Sequence record: NC_133119.1
Reading direction: 5' to 3' (one strand)
Length of the DNA: 64,000 nt
Origin: Escherichia phage EscoHU1
Shown here piece after piece: positions 19,138 through 29,900 of this stretch (positions are counted from its first letter, which is position 1; each line of letters starts with the position of its first letter). Under the pieces are notes generated by a model. It searched no databases. It was given only the letters and a program-made list of their open reading frames with translations, and was not told the DNA's origin. Position numbers and translations under genes: made by a program.

Positions 19138-19903
19138 GTCTTGGGGCGAAACTACTGGCGGTTCTAACGATAAAATCGACTTCCTGAAATTCAACAACGG
19201 TGTAACTCGTGTTCGTATCGTTTCTGGTGTTCTTCCACGTTATGTCTACTGGCTGACTAACAAAGATGGTAATGCAGCTCCGTTTGAGTGCCTGCGTTTC
19301 AACCGTACTAAAGAGAGCTTCGTTCGCGGTAAAGCTGACCCGATTCACGAAATGGGCTTCTTCGAGAAAGAGCTGGACAAAGATGGTAATCGTGTTCCGC
19401 TGAAACCGAAGAAAAACTACATCGCTTTCGTTATCGACCGTTCTGATAACAAACTGAAAGTTATGGAAGTTAAAGCTACGATCCTGAAAGGCATCCAGTC
19501 TATCATGAAGCAGCTGAAACTGTCCGACCCGTTCGATATCGATATTTCTATCGAAAAGAAAGGTAAAGGCTTCGATACTGAGTACGATGTACAGCAGATC
19601 GCAGCAATGCAGTTCCAGATGGCTCTGAAAGATCCTACTAGCGCAGAAGCTAAACTGCACGCCGCAGATGCCGATATCCTCGGTGAAGCTATGTGTGATG
19701 ATACTGGTGAGTTCATCAAGTTTGAAAAAGTTCCTTCTCTGGAAGAAACCTACCCGGTTCCGTCCTACGAAGAGCAGAAAGAAGCTATTCTCGCCTTCAT
19801 GGAAGGTCGTGAGAAGCAAGACGGCGGTGACGCTAAGTCTGGTGGTGATGCTGGTTCTCAGAAAGGCATCGACGCTGAAGCTGCTAGCGATCTGGACGAC
19901 TAA
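19130..19903 (+). CDS. putative DNA-binding protein (SSB-like, acidic C-terminal tail)
   Basis: 257 aa; highly biased codon usage; C-terminus ...GIDAEAASDLDD. Confidence 0.6.
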   Translation: MAKSWGETTGGSNDKIDFLKFNNGVTRVRIVSGVLPRYVYWLTNKDGNAAPFECLRFNRTKESFVRGKADPIHEMGFFEKELDKDGNRVPLKPKKNYIAFVIDRSDNKLKVMEVKATILKGIQSIMKQLKLSDPFDIDISIEKKGKGFDTEYDVQQIAAMQFQMALKDPTSAEAKLHAADADILGEAMCDDTGEFIKFEKVPSLEETYPVPSYEEQKEAILAFMEGREKQDGGDAKSGGDAGSQKGIDAEAASDLDD

Positions 19904-19912
19904 TAAACCAAG

Positions 19913-19940
19913 GGGAGCTACGGCTCCCTTTCTTTTTAAC
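19913..19940 (+). terminator. rho-independent terminator
   Basis: GGGGAGC-TACG-GCTCCC followed by TTTCTTTTT. Confidence 0.65.
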
Positions 19941-19942
19941 TT

Positions 19943-20920
19943 ATGAGAATACTATTTAGTGCTGATCATCATATCAAATTAGGACAAGATAAAGTTCCAA
20001 AGGAATGGCAGAAGCGTCGCTTCCTGATGCTAGGAGAACGGTTAAATGACATATTCCATAATCATAACTGTGATCTGCATATTGCTGGTGGTGATATTCT
20101 TGATGTTGCCGACCCATCGTCGGAAGAAATAGAACTTCTTGAACAGTTCATGTCAAGACTTGACCATTCAGGCAAGATCTTCACTGGGAACCATGAAATG
20201 TTAACTAAAACTATTTCATGTCTGTATCATTATGCAGGAGTTATTAATAAAGTAACAAACGGAAATTGGGAAGTCATTACTAAACCATATCGTTCTCCTG
20301 AATTTGATATTATCCCTTATGATGAAATCCACAAACCAAAGTGGAAACCATCTGAGTCAAAACTATGTTTCACGCATGTTCGTGGTGAAATCCCTCCACA
20401 TGTAAAACCAGAGATTGATCTAACGAGGTATAACTGTTATGACACTGTAATTGCTGGCGATTTACATTCTTATACTAATAGTCAAACTGTTGGTTCTACT
20501 AGACTTCTTTATCCAGGATCTCCATTAACTACATCGTTCCATAGAGAACGAACAAAAGGTACAAATGGTTGTTTTATCATTGATACCGACACATTAAAAG
20601 TAGAATGGATTGAACTTGGTGACTTACCACAACTGATTCGTAAAACAATCGGAGTTGGTGAGGAAATGGAGCCTAGTGACTATGACCGTGTAATTTATGA
20701 AGTCACTGGTGACGTCGTTCAGTTAAAGTCTATTAAAGATTCTGATCTCTTAGATAAAAAGATTAACCATCGAGTTACTAAAGATGCTAAGTTAAATCTT
20801 GTTGATCTTGATATGTTAGGCGAGCTTGAGCTTTACTTCCGTGAAGTTGAAAAGCTGTCTCAAGACGACATTGATAGAATCTTGGCTAGAGCTGCTAAAT
20901 ATGTCAAAGATTATAATTAA
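19943..20920 (+). CDS. Mre11/SbcD-like nuclease (T5 D12-like)
   Basis: 325 aa; calcineurin-like phosphoesterase motifs LFSADHH, GNHE, AGDLH. Confidence 0.8.
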   Translation: MRILFSADHHIKLGQDKVPKEWQKRRFLMLGERLNDIFHNHNCDLHIAGGDILDVADPSSEEIELLEQFMSRLDHSGKIFTGNHEMLTKTISCLYHYAGVINKVTNGNWEVITKPYRSPEFDIIPYDEIHKPKWKPSESKLCFTHVRGEIPPHVKPEIDLTRYNCYDTVIAGDLHSYTNSQTVGSTRLLYPGSPLTTSFHRERTKGTNGCFIIDTDTLKVEWIELGDLPQLIRKTIGVGEEMEPSDYDRVIYEVTGDVVQLKSIKDSDLLDKKINHRVTKDAKLNLVDLDMLGELELYFREVEKLSQDDIDRILARAAKYVKDYN

Positions 20921-22739
20921 GACACTAAAATTCAGCAACGTTATGTCTTACGGTAAGGATATCGTAATTCATTTCGATAAGAATCCAGTTACTCAGTTAA
21001 TCGGAGGAAACGGTCTAGGGAAGTCCACTATTGCTACTGTTATTGAGGAATTGTTTTATAACAAGAACTCACGTGGTATCAAGAAGGACGCCCTATTCTC
21101 TTGGGGTTCTCCGAAGAAAGAGTATGATATGCATGCTTACTTCTCGAAAGATGAAGATGAGTATGAATTGCATAAAGTAGTTAAATCAACTGCTAAGGTT
21201 ACACTGATTAAGAATGGAGAAGATATCAGTGGACACACAGCAACTCAAACGTACAAGATGATTGAAGAGATTATGGGTGGTGACTTCCAAACATTCACTA
21301 AACTAATCTATCAATCTGTTGGTTCCAATCTAGACTTCCTCAAAGCAACTGATGCAACACGTAAAGCTTTTCTTGTTAATCTGTTCAATCAGGAACAGTA
21401 TAAAGAGATGTCAGAAACTATTAAGGCTGATCGTAAAGAAGTGGCAAGTACGTTAAGTAACTTGCAAGGCCAGATGGCCGTAATTACGAAGATCCTCAAT
21501 GGAAAAGGTAATCTCGGAAGTTTACAGGAGCCAGTTGAAGTTCCAGAATTTGATGAAGAACCGTTAGCACAAGAACTTACTGAATCGAAAATTAAGGCGG
21601 CATTAGCCAAGTCACAAGAGGCTAATATTACTAAACTCCGTAATTTGGACAAAGCTGTACAAGTTGCCGAACAATCTTTCGAGCCTTTCAAAAATTTCCC
21701 TGCGCCCACTGACCAATCTGAAGAGATCTCAAGTGTTACGCGTGACTTAACGATTGTTACCTCACGTGCGGGAGAAGTCAAGAAACGTTATCAGAAGTTT
21801 AAGCAAGAGGCTTCAAATACTGAATGTCCTACTTGTGGTACGCATCTTGATACAACTGCTGCTCAAAAAGCAATGGATATGGCTAGAACAGAATATGATC
21901 CTCTGTTTAAAGAGAAACAATCTCTCGAAGCTACATTGGAGCAGTTAAAGAAAGAACAACTCGAGTACGCTGCGTATACTAGAGCTAAGGATGCTTTAGA
22001 TAAGGCAGTAGCAGCTAGAGACGAGTTCAAAAATTCAATGAGTGATGCTTCTTTTGAAGAACTCAATGTGCAGATCCTACAGGTGCAAATCCGACAATTA
22101 GAACAGGAAATCGCTGATGGCCGTTCTAAAGTTGCAATTGCCAAAGAGCATAATGCAAATGTCGAATTAGCCAATGCAAAATATAAAGCGAAACTAGAAC
22201 AGATTGAAAAAGCTGAGGCAGAAATGTCTGAGATAACGTCCAAACTGGATGGAGTATCAGAAGCTGTTGCTGATCTTGATATTCTGATCGCTGCATTGAA
22301 AAATCTGGTAGGATATAAACTAGAGCATAGTGTGAAAGTATTTGAGGAATTGATTAATAAATATCTTTCTATTATGACTGGTGGTAAGTTCGCACTTGGA
22401 TTTGAACTTGATGAAACTAAATTACAAGTAGTAATCTTCAATGATGGAAACCGTACCAGTATGGAAAACTGCTCTACTGGTCAGCAAAGTAGAATTAACC
22501 TAGCAACTCTGTTAGCTATTCGAATGCTGTTAACATCTATTAGTAAAGTTAATATTAATCTTCTGTTCCTTGACGAAGTTATTAGCTTTATTGATACGAA
22601 AGGACTTGATACTCTCGTTGAATTATTAAATGAGGAAGATAGTCTGAATTCTATCATTGTTTCTCATGGGCATACGCATCCATTAGCCCATAAGATTACT
22701 GTCAAAAAAGATGCAGAAGGATTTTCCTACTTAGAATAA
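20901..22739 (+). CDS. Rad50/SbcC-like ATPase (T5 D13-like)
   Basis: N-terminal Walker A GGNGLGKST; central coiled coil with CPTCGT zinc hook; start moved to ATG 20901. Confidence 0.8.
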   Translation: MSKIIIKTLKFSNVMSYGKDIVIHFDKNPVTQLIGGNGLGKSTIATVIEELFYNKNSRGIKKDALFSWGSPKKEYDMHAYFSKDEDEYELHKVVKSTAKVTLIKNGEDISGHTATQTYKMIEEIMGGDFQTFTKLIYQSVGSNLDFLKATDATRKAFLVNLFNQEQYKEMSETIKADRKEVASTLSNLQGQMAVITKILNGKGNLGSLQEPVEVPEFDEEPLAQELTESKIKAALAKSQEANITKLRNLDKAVQVAEQSFEPFKNFPAPTDQSEEISSVTRDLTIVTSRAGEVKKRYQKFKQEASNTECPTCGTHLDTTAAQKAMDMARTEYDPLFKEKQSLEATLEQLKKEQLEYAAYTRAKDALDKAVAARDEFKNSMSDASFEELNVQILQVQIRQLEQEIADGRSKVAIAKEHNANVELANAKYKAKLEQIEKAEAEMSEITSKLDGVSEAVADLDILIAALKNLVGYKLEHSVKVFEELINKYLSIMTGGKFALGFELDETKLQVVIFNDGNRTSMENCSTGQQSRINLATLLAIRMLLTSISKVNINLLFLDEVISFIDTKGLDTLVELLNEEDSLNSIIVSHGHTHPLAHKITVKKDAEGFSYLE

Positions 22740-22742
22740 AAT

Positions 22743-23225
22743 ATGGCCGTAGATAGTAGAGAGAAAGGTAAACGTGGTGAATATCAGGTAAGAGATATAC
22801 TACGTGAACGTACAGGTCTTGAGTGGGAACGTGTTCCAGGTTCTGGTGCTTTTGGCCAGAGCCATGGACTGAAGGGTGACATCTACCTTCCACCACAAAG
22901 CGGACACATTAGTAAATACTGCTTCGAAGTTAAGTGGTATAAAGATGATAACATATCAAGTAATTTATTTAACGTTGGTGAATCCACTCTAGAGAAGTGG
23001 TGGCAGCAGTGTTCCCGTGAAGGTGAACAGATGAACTCCAAACCAGCCTTAATATTCAAGAAAGACAGAGGACAGTGGTTAATTGCTTTGGATAGCTCAG
23101 ACCCTATGGTCGACAACTTAATGAGTCGTACCCATATGGTGTTAAATAAGAAAGACATGGAAATCGTAATCGGGTTATTCGAACCGTGGTTACATCACGC
23201 ATCTGTTGAGGACTTAATTAAATAA
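22743..23225 (+). CDS. PD-(D/E)xK nuclease-like protein (Holliday-junction-resolvase-like)
   Basis: 160 aa; GKRGEYQVRD, GDIYL and FEVK pattern typical of the fold. Confidence 0.55.
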   Translation: MAVDSREKGKRGEYQVRDILRERTGLEWERVPGSGAFGQSHGLKGDIYLPPQSGHISKYCFEVKWYKDDNISSNLFNVGESTLEKWWQQCSREGEQMNSKPALIFKKDRGQWLIALDSSDPMVDNLMSRTHMVLNKKDMEIVIGLFEPWLHHASVEDLIK

Positions 23226-24100
23226 TGAGTAAATCCTGGGGAAAATTTATTGAAGAGGAAGAAGCTGAGCTGGCTTCTCGTCGCAACCTAATGATTGTTG
23301 ATGGAACTAACTTAGGCTTCCGCTTCAAACATAATAATAGTAAGAAACCCTTCGCTTCAAGTTATGTTTCTACAATTCAATCTCTCGCAAAATCCTACTC
23401 AGCTAGAACTACAATCGTTCTCGGTGATAAAGGAAAGTCTGTATTCCGTTTAGAGCATCTTCCTGATTATAAGGGCAACCGTGATGAAAAGTATGCTCAA
23501 CGTACAGAAGAAGAGAAAGCACTAGATGAACAGTTCTTCGAGTATCTTCGTGATGCTTTCGAGTTGTGTGAAACCACATTCCCAACTTTCACTATTCGTG
23601 GTGTAGAAGCAGACGATATGGCAGCTTATATTGTTAAGCTCATTGGTCATTTATATGATCACGTTTGGCTGATCTCTACTGATGGTGACTGGGATACTCT
23701 ATTAACTGATCGAGTTTCTCGCTTCTCCTTCACCACACGTCGTGAGTACCATCTTCGTGATATGTATGAACATCATAACGTTGACGATGTAGATCAGTTT
23801 ATCTCTCTGAAAGCAATTATGGGAGATCTTGGTGATAACATCCGTGGTGTTGAAGGCATCGGTGCAAAACGTGGTTATAATATTATCCGTGAATTTGGTA
23901 ATGTTCTGGATATTATTGATCAACTCCCTCTGCCTGGGAAACAGAAATATATACAGAATCTGAACGCATCGGAGGAGTTGCTTTTCCGAAATCTGATTCT
24001 GGTTGATTTACCGACCTATTGTGTAGATGCTATTGCTGCTGTGGGTCAAGACGTATTAGATAAGTTTACGAAAGATATTTTGGAGATCGCAGGACAATGA
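23225..24100 (+). CDS. D15: flap endonuclease / 5'-3' exonuclease (T5 D15-like)
   Basis: 291 aa; N-terminal MIVDGTNLGFR; size matches the T5 5'-exonuclease. Confidence 0.9.
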   Translation: MSKSWGKFIEEEEAELASRRNLMIVDGTNLGFRFKHNNSKKPFASSYVSTIQSLAKSYSARTTIVLGDKGKSVFRLEHLPDYKGNRDEKYAQRTEEEKALDEQFFEYLRDAFELCETTFPTFTIRGVEADDMAAYIVKLIGHLYDHVWLISTDGDWDTLLTDRVSRFSFTTRREYHLRDMYEHHNVDDVDQFISLKAIMGDLGDNIRGVEGIGAKRGYNIIREFGNVLDIIDQLPLPGKQKYIQNLNASEELLFRNLILVDLPTYCVDAIAAVGQDVLDKFTKDILEIAGQ

Positions 24101-24543
24101 TTAAAATTAAACTAACTCATCCAGATTGCATGCCAAAGATTGGTTCTGATGATGCCGCAGGTATGGATCTGCGTGCATTCTTCGGTACTAACCTTGCAGC
24201 AGATTTACGTGCTATTGCACCAGGCAAATCCCTTATGATTGACACCGGTGTCGCGGTGGAAATTCCGCGAGGTTGGTTTGGTTTGGTAGTTCCTCGCAGC
24301 TCTTTAGGTAAGCGTAAACTGATGATCGCAAATACCGCAGGAGTGATCGATTCAGACTACCGTGGTACTATTAAGATGAACCTTTATAACTATGGTTCTG
24401 AAATGCAAACTCTGGAGAATTTCGAAAGACTTTGTCAGCTAGTGGTACTACCACACTACTCAACCCATCATTTTGAAATTGTTGACGAACTAGAGGAGAC
24501 TGATCGTGGAGAAGGCGGCTTTGGAAGCTCAGGAAGTAAGTAA
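24097..24543 (+). CDS. dut: dUTPase
   Basis: 148 aa; motifs AGMDLRA, GVIDSDYRG, C-terminal RGEGGFGSSG. Confidence 0.85.
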   Translation: MIKIKLTHPDCMPKIGSDDAAGMDLRAFFGTNLAADLRAIAPGKSLMIDTGVAVEIPRGWFGLVVPRSSLGKRKLMIANTAGVIDSDYRGTIKMNLYNYGSEMQTLENFERLCQLVVLPHYSTHHFEIVDELEETDRGEGGFGSSGSK

Positions 24544-24772
24544 TTTTGCTGATCCTAATATGATAGGATCATTTGAACATCCCGCTACGTATCATCATGT
24601 TATGGTAGCAGAACCGGATGTGAATAACGTAGTTCTTAAGGTAGATCGTGAAGGCAATGTAATCCAGTGGGATGAAAAGGCTTTTGTCGAACTATGTAGC
24701 AATTCAGAAGATCCTACTCTTCGAGCTATGTTAGCAGTGTTTAACTTAGGTGTTATTGCAGGTAGCAGATAA
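24506..24772 (+). CDS. hypothetical protein
   Basis: 88 aa; GTG start after GAGGAG RBS (24493-24498). Confidence 0.5.
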   Translation: MEKAALEAQEVSNFADPNMIGSFEHPATYHHVMVAEPDVNNVVLKVDREGNVIQWDEKAFVELCSNSEDPTLRAMLAVFNLGVIAGSR

Positions 24773-24780
24773 TAATAAAC

Positions 24781-24818
24781 CCCAGTGGATTGTCCACTGG
24801 GGTTTTCTTTTATTTAGC
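24781..24818. terminator. bidirectional terminator between convergent early and late modules
   Basis: CCCCAGTGGA-TTGT-CCACTGGGG flanked by A-run upstream and TTTTCTTTT downstream. Confidence 0.7.
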
Positions 24819-26897
24819 AAGAAGTTGTTTTACCAATTCCTTGAGTTCATCAATTTCTTGCTGCTGCTTCTCAACCACTTCGTTAAGCTCGTTAAAAGCA
24901 TTAACTAGCAAAGCGTTTACACCAGCATGAGATACGCCGAGCATACTATCTTCTTTTTGTGGTTCGATCTTATATACTGCCTCTGGAAGAACAGCCTGTA
25001 CATCCTGGGCTATAACACCAGCTTCAATGTTATAGGTAGTATCTTTTTCCTCTTTAAGGGTACTTCTCTTATAATATGTATAGCCTACCAGAGATTTAAC
25101 CTTATCGCGAGCATTCTCAATTTCCTTGAGGTTGGCTTTCATGCGTATGTCAGAAGTACTTACCCATTGACCTGCAGCAGCAGTACCACCACTATCAAAG
25201 CGATATTCAGCACCTTTACAGTATAAGCTAAGCTGTGCACCACCAGCAGCCCATAGCACAGCATCCATACCAGATACCCAATCCACACCCCATTTAACAC
25301 TTTTCCATATAGCGTACGCTGCATCCGTAGCTTCATGCTCTACTAGCACTCCACAAGGTCTATCTCTCCAAGCAGTAAATGCCCCTCCTTTAATAGTACC
25401 ACCTACTAAGCTTCCAGCACCACCATCTGCTATACCCATACTTTTGAAGGTAGCTCGATCCCGTATTGGATCAGCTATTAAACCAAATGCCCCATGTACT
25501 TGTTGCCAAACACCCCAAGTACCACTATCCATTGTACGTGTGCAGATAGAACTTTTCCAAGCACCTGTAAATAACGTAGCCCTTTGAGTTCTATAATTTG
25601 GATCAGGGTGGACCAAAGTTTCTAGAAAGAACCAAGCATCTTCTAATCCTGGGATTTGTTGGAAAGGGCGTACGCCTACAATATTAGAGCCAGGAGAAGG
25701 AGGAACTGTTAAGGTTGAATTAAAGTCTATACTGTCAATATTAAAACCTCCTGGATATCTTCCAGATATAGACTGTAGCAAGCCCCACTCACTTAATTCT
25801 AGATTTCTTCTAGCCTGAGCAGCTGAATTAGCCCCGGTACCTCCACTAGCTATTCCTAGCGGTATTTCCTGATTAGTTTCTAGATTGTAAGCTCCCCAAA
25901 CCCCATCTGCTATTCTAAATATCTTCTTAGCATCAGGACTACTCATTCTAGTATCTAGGGCAGTCTGACTAAATCTATTAATACCAAATTTAGTTTTAGC
26001 CCCTTCTATAGAATTAGCCCCTGTACCACCATTAGCAACTGGTACAGTAGACTGTGAATTGAATTGCTCTTGCCAACCTTTCCAATTACCAGTACCATCC
26101 AGAACGTTAGTCCAAGTACTTCCAGATAATCCAGTGGCTTTTAACATACCATACTGAGCAGCACCATTAATATCCACACCATGGCAATGGAAGTTATATG
26201 TCCACCATCCTTCAGTAACTGGAGGAATATGTGTAACACCATCTCCAGAAGAGTAGTATCCACTTTGTCCAGCGATTGCGATATAATTTAGAACATTCTC
26301 CCCATTAGGTATTACTTCAGCTAAGGCGCCAACTGGAACATTAAGATTTTTTCTTGCAGCTTTTGGAGTAGTTCCTCCAGTACCACCAAATGCAACTTTT
26401 AATGCTTGTACAGCCGCAGTAGAACTCTCAATTAAACCAAAATCTCCGCTATCATATATAAATAAAGAATATTTCTCATTGGGAGATACAATAAAAGTTC
26501 CATTACTCTGCTGACGAAGGCGTTCAACTTGTAAGGCCTTCTTAGCACCATCTAATGTAGTAGCACCAGTACCACCTTGAGAAATTTTAATAGCTTTAGT
26601 AAGTGCATTTAATTCTGTAATATCGTTATTAGCACCTTTAGCAGCTTTAGTATTTAAAGTAGTATTAATACCACCTAACGCAGTGTTGATATTACCAATT
26701 GATTCGTTAATACTATTGATAGATGCATCGGTAGCAGCTTTATCAGTATTATACTTTGAAATTTGTAGATATTTAGAAGTTAGCACAACAGCACCAGCTT
26801 CTCCGTCAATAGAGAAAACGCCGGCAACCGCGGCGTCTCTATTAACTACAACATAGGGGGCCATAGCCCCACTTTTTGGCATTAAATTACGTGACAT
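24810..26897 (-). CDS. L-shaped tail fibre protein B (LtfB-like) with C-terminal intramolecular chaperone domain
   Basis: 695 aa; repeated GGTGA fibre motifs; C-terminal SDIRMKANLKEIE...GVIAQDVQ chaperone-type domain. Confidence 0.75.
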   Translation of the reverse strand: MSRNLMPKSGAMAPYVVVNRDAAVAGVFSIDGEAGAVVLTSKYLQISKYNTDKAATDASINSINESIGNINTALGGINTTLNTKAAKGANNDITELNALTKAIKISQGGTGATTLDGAKKALQVERLRQQSNGTFIVSPNEKYSLFIYDSGDFGLIESSTAAVQALKVAFGGTGGTTPKAARKNLNVPVGALAEVIPNGENVLNYIAIAGQSGYYSSGDGVTHIPPVTEGWWTYNFHCHGVDINGAAQYGMLKATGLSGSTWTNVLDGTGNWKGWQEQFNSQSTVPVANGGTGANSIEGAKTKFGINRFSQTALDTRMSSPDAKKIFRIADGVWGAYNLETNQEIPLGIASGGTGANSAAQARRNLELSEWGLLQSISGRYPGGFNIDSIDFNSTLTVPPSPGSNIVGVRPFQQIPGLEDAWFFLETLVHPDPNYRTQRATLFTGAWKSSICTRTMDSGTWGVWQQVHGAFGLIADPIRDRATFKSMGIADGGAGSLVGGTIKGGAFTAWRDRPCGVLVEHEATDAAYAIWKSVKWGVDWVSGMDAVLWAAGGAQLSLYCKGAEYRFDSGGTAAAGQWVSTSDIRMKANLKEIENARDKVKSLVGYTYYKRSTLKEEKDTTYNIEAGVIAQDVQAVLPEAVYKIEPQKEDSMLGVSHAGVNALLVNAFNELNEVVEKQQQEIDELKELVKQLLAK

Positions 26898-26939
26898 TAA
26901 CTAGTACCTTTATAAGGGGGCTAGGCCCCTACTGTATTA

Positions 26940-29900
26940 TCATAGTGACGTTAAAGATGTAACAGCTTGCTTAAGTTGTTCTAACTCTTGCTCCAGTTTA
27001 TTCATCTTATTACCCATATAAACCATTGCACACGCCATATCTGTTAGAATAACATTACTATCAAGAGCAAGTGTGTCATCATTTCTGTCAGTTTCAATCT
27101 GGCGATCAATGTATTCCTCACCATTTTCATCAACCCCGATCACATCCTCAAATACTGGTGAACCTGGGACAAGTTTCACATATTGCGGATCGATTTTTAA
27201 CAGGTCTTGAGCTATCAGGCCAAAACGCTGAATATCAGATCCATTGTATTTGAACATCGTTGGCAACCATTGCATTACTCGATCATAACTTTCCTTTCCA
27301 TCTGTGTAAACAATTTCTTTCTTTAAGTCACGATCAGATGTTGGGTTTTTTGCAAAGTCATAACCAACCCCCCACATATCTCCGGGCGAGTTTGCCCATG
27401 TTGAGAAAGTACCATTTACGTTAAACTCAAATCCTCTATGTTTATCGTTATCACCTAACAGCTTGAGTATTGTCCTGGACCATCCTTGGGCACCAGGGGA
27501 TAACATACCAATTGCGAAACGTATGTTATAACCATTTGGGGTTGAAGTACCCCCAGCAACTACCGGACTAAATGACCCGTCGTTATTTACAGTGGAGATA
27601 GTGTTATAAGGAATTGCATTTCCTGATTGTGATGCTTCTATACCCCATCCATGATTATTGTAAAGAGCACCTGCATTGACCGCCCTGGTTTGTAAGTAAC
27701 CTTGCGGATAGAAATCAAAATCAGTACCATCAATTCCAGGACTATAAACTCTTAGGCGATGACATTTAATCTTGTCTGAACCAGATCTAACAGCCCCGGA
27801 TAATGACATATCATTATACCAGTTATACCTAGTAAAGTTAGCCCAATCATCCAAAGGAACACTAGCCCCGGCATAAAGTTGGAGATTGTTTTGCTCACCC
27901 CCTTCCATTGTAAAACTATAATTAGCACCAATTTTTATTTTCTGAGCACTAAATTGACCATTTTCGTCAAATTGGTAGAAAGCTGTTTTATCGGCGGTTG
28001 AGTTTGTAGTCCTTATTGTTGTTTTCGCTACACCAGATTGAAGTTCGTTGTAAATAGAGGAATACGAAATTAAGTTTCTAGAAGCATCGTGGTTCCTCAT
28101 ATAAAACAGCCCAGAATTGAATCCATTATATAAGCTAGCGGCAACCTGAGCAAAGGTAGGTGTATTAACTTCGCCTAATTCTATGTTAGCCCTTGCATCT
28201 GCTGCATTCGTCGCCCCTGTACCACCATTATTAATAGCTAGAATTCCTTGGGTATCATTATTTAAATCAGGCTTATTTGCAGAACCGTATAGAATATTAG
28301 TATGGATAGTAGGATTTTCACCATCTAATTGATTATCATTTATAGTCCCGACAAAAACAATACCACTAGAGTATTGGGGGCAAATAAATGAGTGAGTATC
28401 CGCAGTTTTAGAATAAAATCCTGCAGAATACGATGGTAGTCCACCTATTCCTGTGTCATTTCTATAGTAGCCAGAACCAAAAGCTCTCATAGCTTTAAAA
28501 AGAGATACTAAATCAGGCTCGTTTAAAGTGAGTCCTGCACCACCTAAGCCAAAAGCACCACGAAGTAAAACCTCACCATTAATGCCATCCCAAACATTCT
28601 TAGTAACAACGTTACCTAGAGAAATATTACCACTCTCGTCTGGGCGAATAGTTCCGTTAACCATTGCTACATAAGGAAGTTTAATAGCTCCGGTATCATC
28701 AGCAGGACCAATTCCATTCACAGTAGTGATATAGGGAATTTGCTCTTTAATTGCGCCAGCATCTTCCTCTCCCTTAGTTGGAGCGCGGAATGCTTGCCCT
28801 TGCATCATATCTGGTAAACGGAACGTCGTAGATCCATCACCAGTGGAGAAGTAAAGAGTTGCACCAGCTTGCCATTGTTCTTCAGTAACAGAAGGGATTA
28901 AGCCAGCCTCAATAGCTTCCCAAGTATCTGGATAATCTACACGAAGAACTTCACGACCATCAGCAGGAAGAACACCAGGGTAGCCAACACCTGAATCTTT
29001 ATCATAAGGGAACCAAGTAACTTCACCCAGCCATAAAGAGGGGTTACCCCCAGGAAGAGTAATCTGTACGTTACCTGCGTCATCTGCATGAACGTTATTG
29101 ATTGATACGAGTTTCTGTTCAATTTCTACTAATTCTAGGACAGGAGCCTCAGCAGTACCAGCAACCTTATACCAACCATATTTTGAATCAGTTTGGTTCC
29201 AGACTAGAATCTTTTCACCCAGAACACGATTTGCAACATCTGCATCAGCTTCTGCTTTTGTCTTATAAACTTTGATGAAACCAGATATATCTTCTTTATC
29301 CAGCTTGCTATCTACAATCTGAGCTGCGCGATCGGCTTCAGCCTTAGCACGATTTGCCTCAGTAGTAGCATCTACAGCCTTATCTCCTGCTTCTACAGCA
29401 GAACCAGCCGCATTAGTTTCTGATTCTTTAGCATTTAATTCTGATTGTTTAGCGGAAGCAGCATGTTCTCCAGCAGTTGTAGCAGCAGCTTCTGCACCTG
29501 CTTTTGCTGTTTCAGCACCAGTCTTAGCAGTTTCTGCAGCTGTCTGAGCTTGTTGAGCCGCAGTTTTAGCTTGTTCGGCAAGTCTACGACTGGTCTCCGC
29601 ATTTTGAGCAGCTAATTCAGCAGAATTCCTGAATCCTTTAGATTCTTCCGCCGATGTAGCGGATGCTTCAGCACTCTTTTGTGACAGACCAGCTTGTCTC
29701 TCAGCTTCCGCAGCAGATTCCGCAGATTGAGTTGCAGATGTTTCAGAAGAAGTAGCATAAATTGCAGCTAGGTTCTCCGAGTCCTTAGCATTTGTTTCAG
29801 ATTCTTTTGCTGCAATTTCGGAATCTTTTGCTGCCGCAGCAGAAGCAGCAGAGGCTTCTACAGCAGCAGTTAATTCACTAGCAGTAATAGAACTAATAGA

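Noticed and set aside
21389-22441. Minus-strand ORFs (130 and 192 aa) antisense to the Rad50/SbcC-like gene
   Set aside because: Same reasoning: embedded antisense frames with Ser/Ala-rich low-complexity translation.
26898-26939. Terminator between the two tail-fibre genes
   Set aside because: Only a 5-bp GC stem with a 3-nt loop and no U-run on the coding strand; too weak to call.
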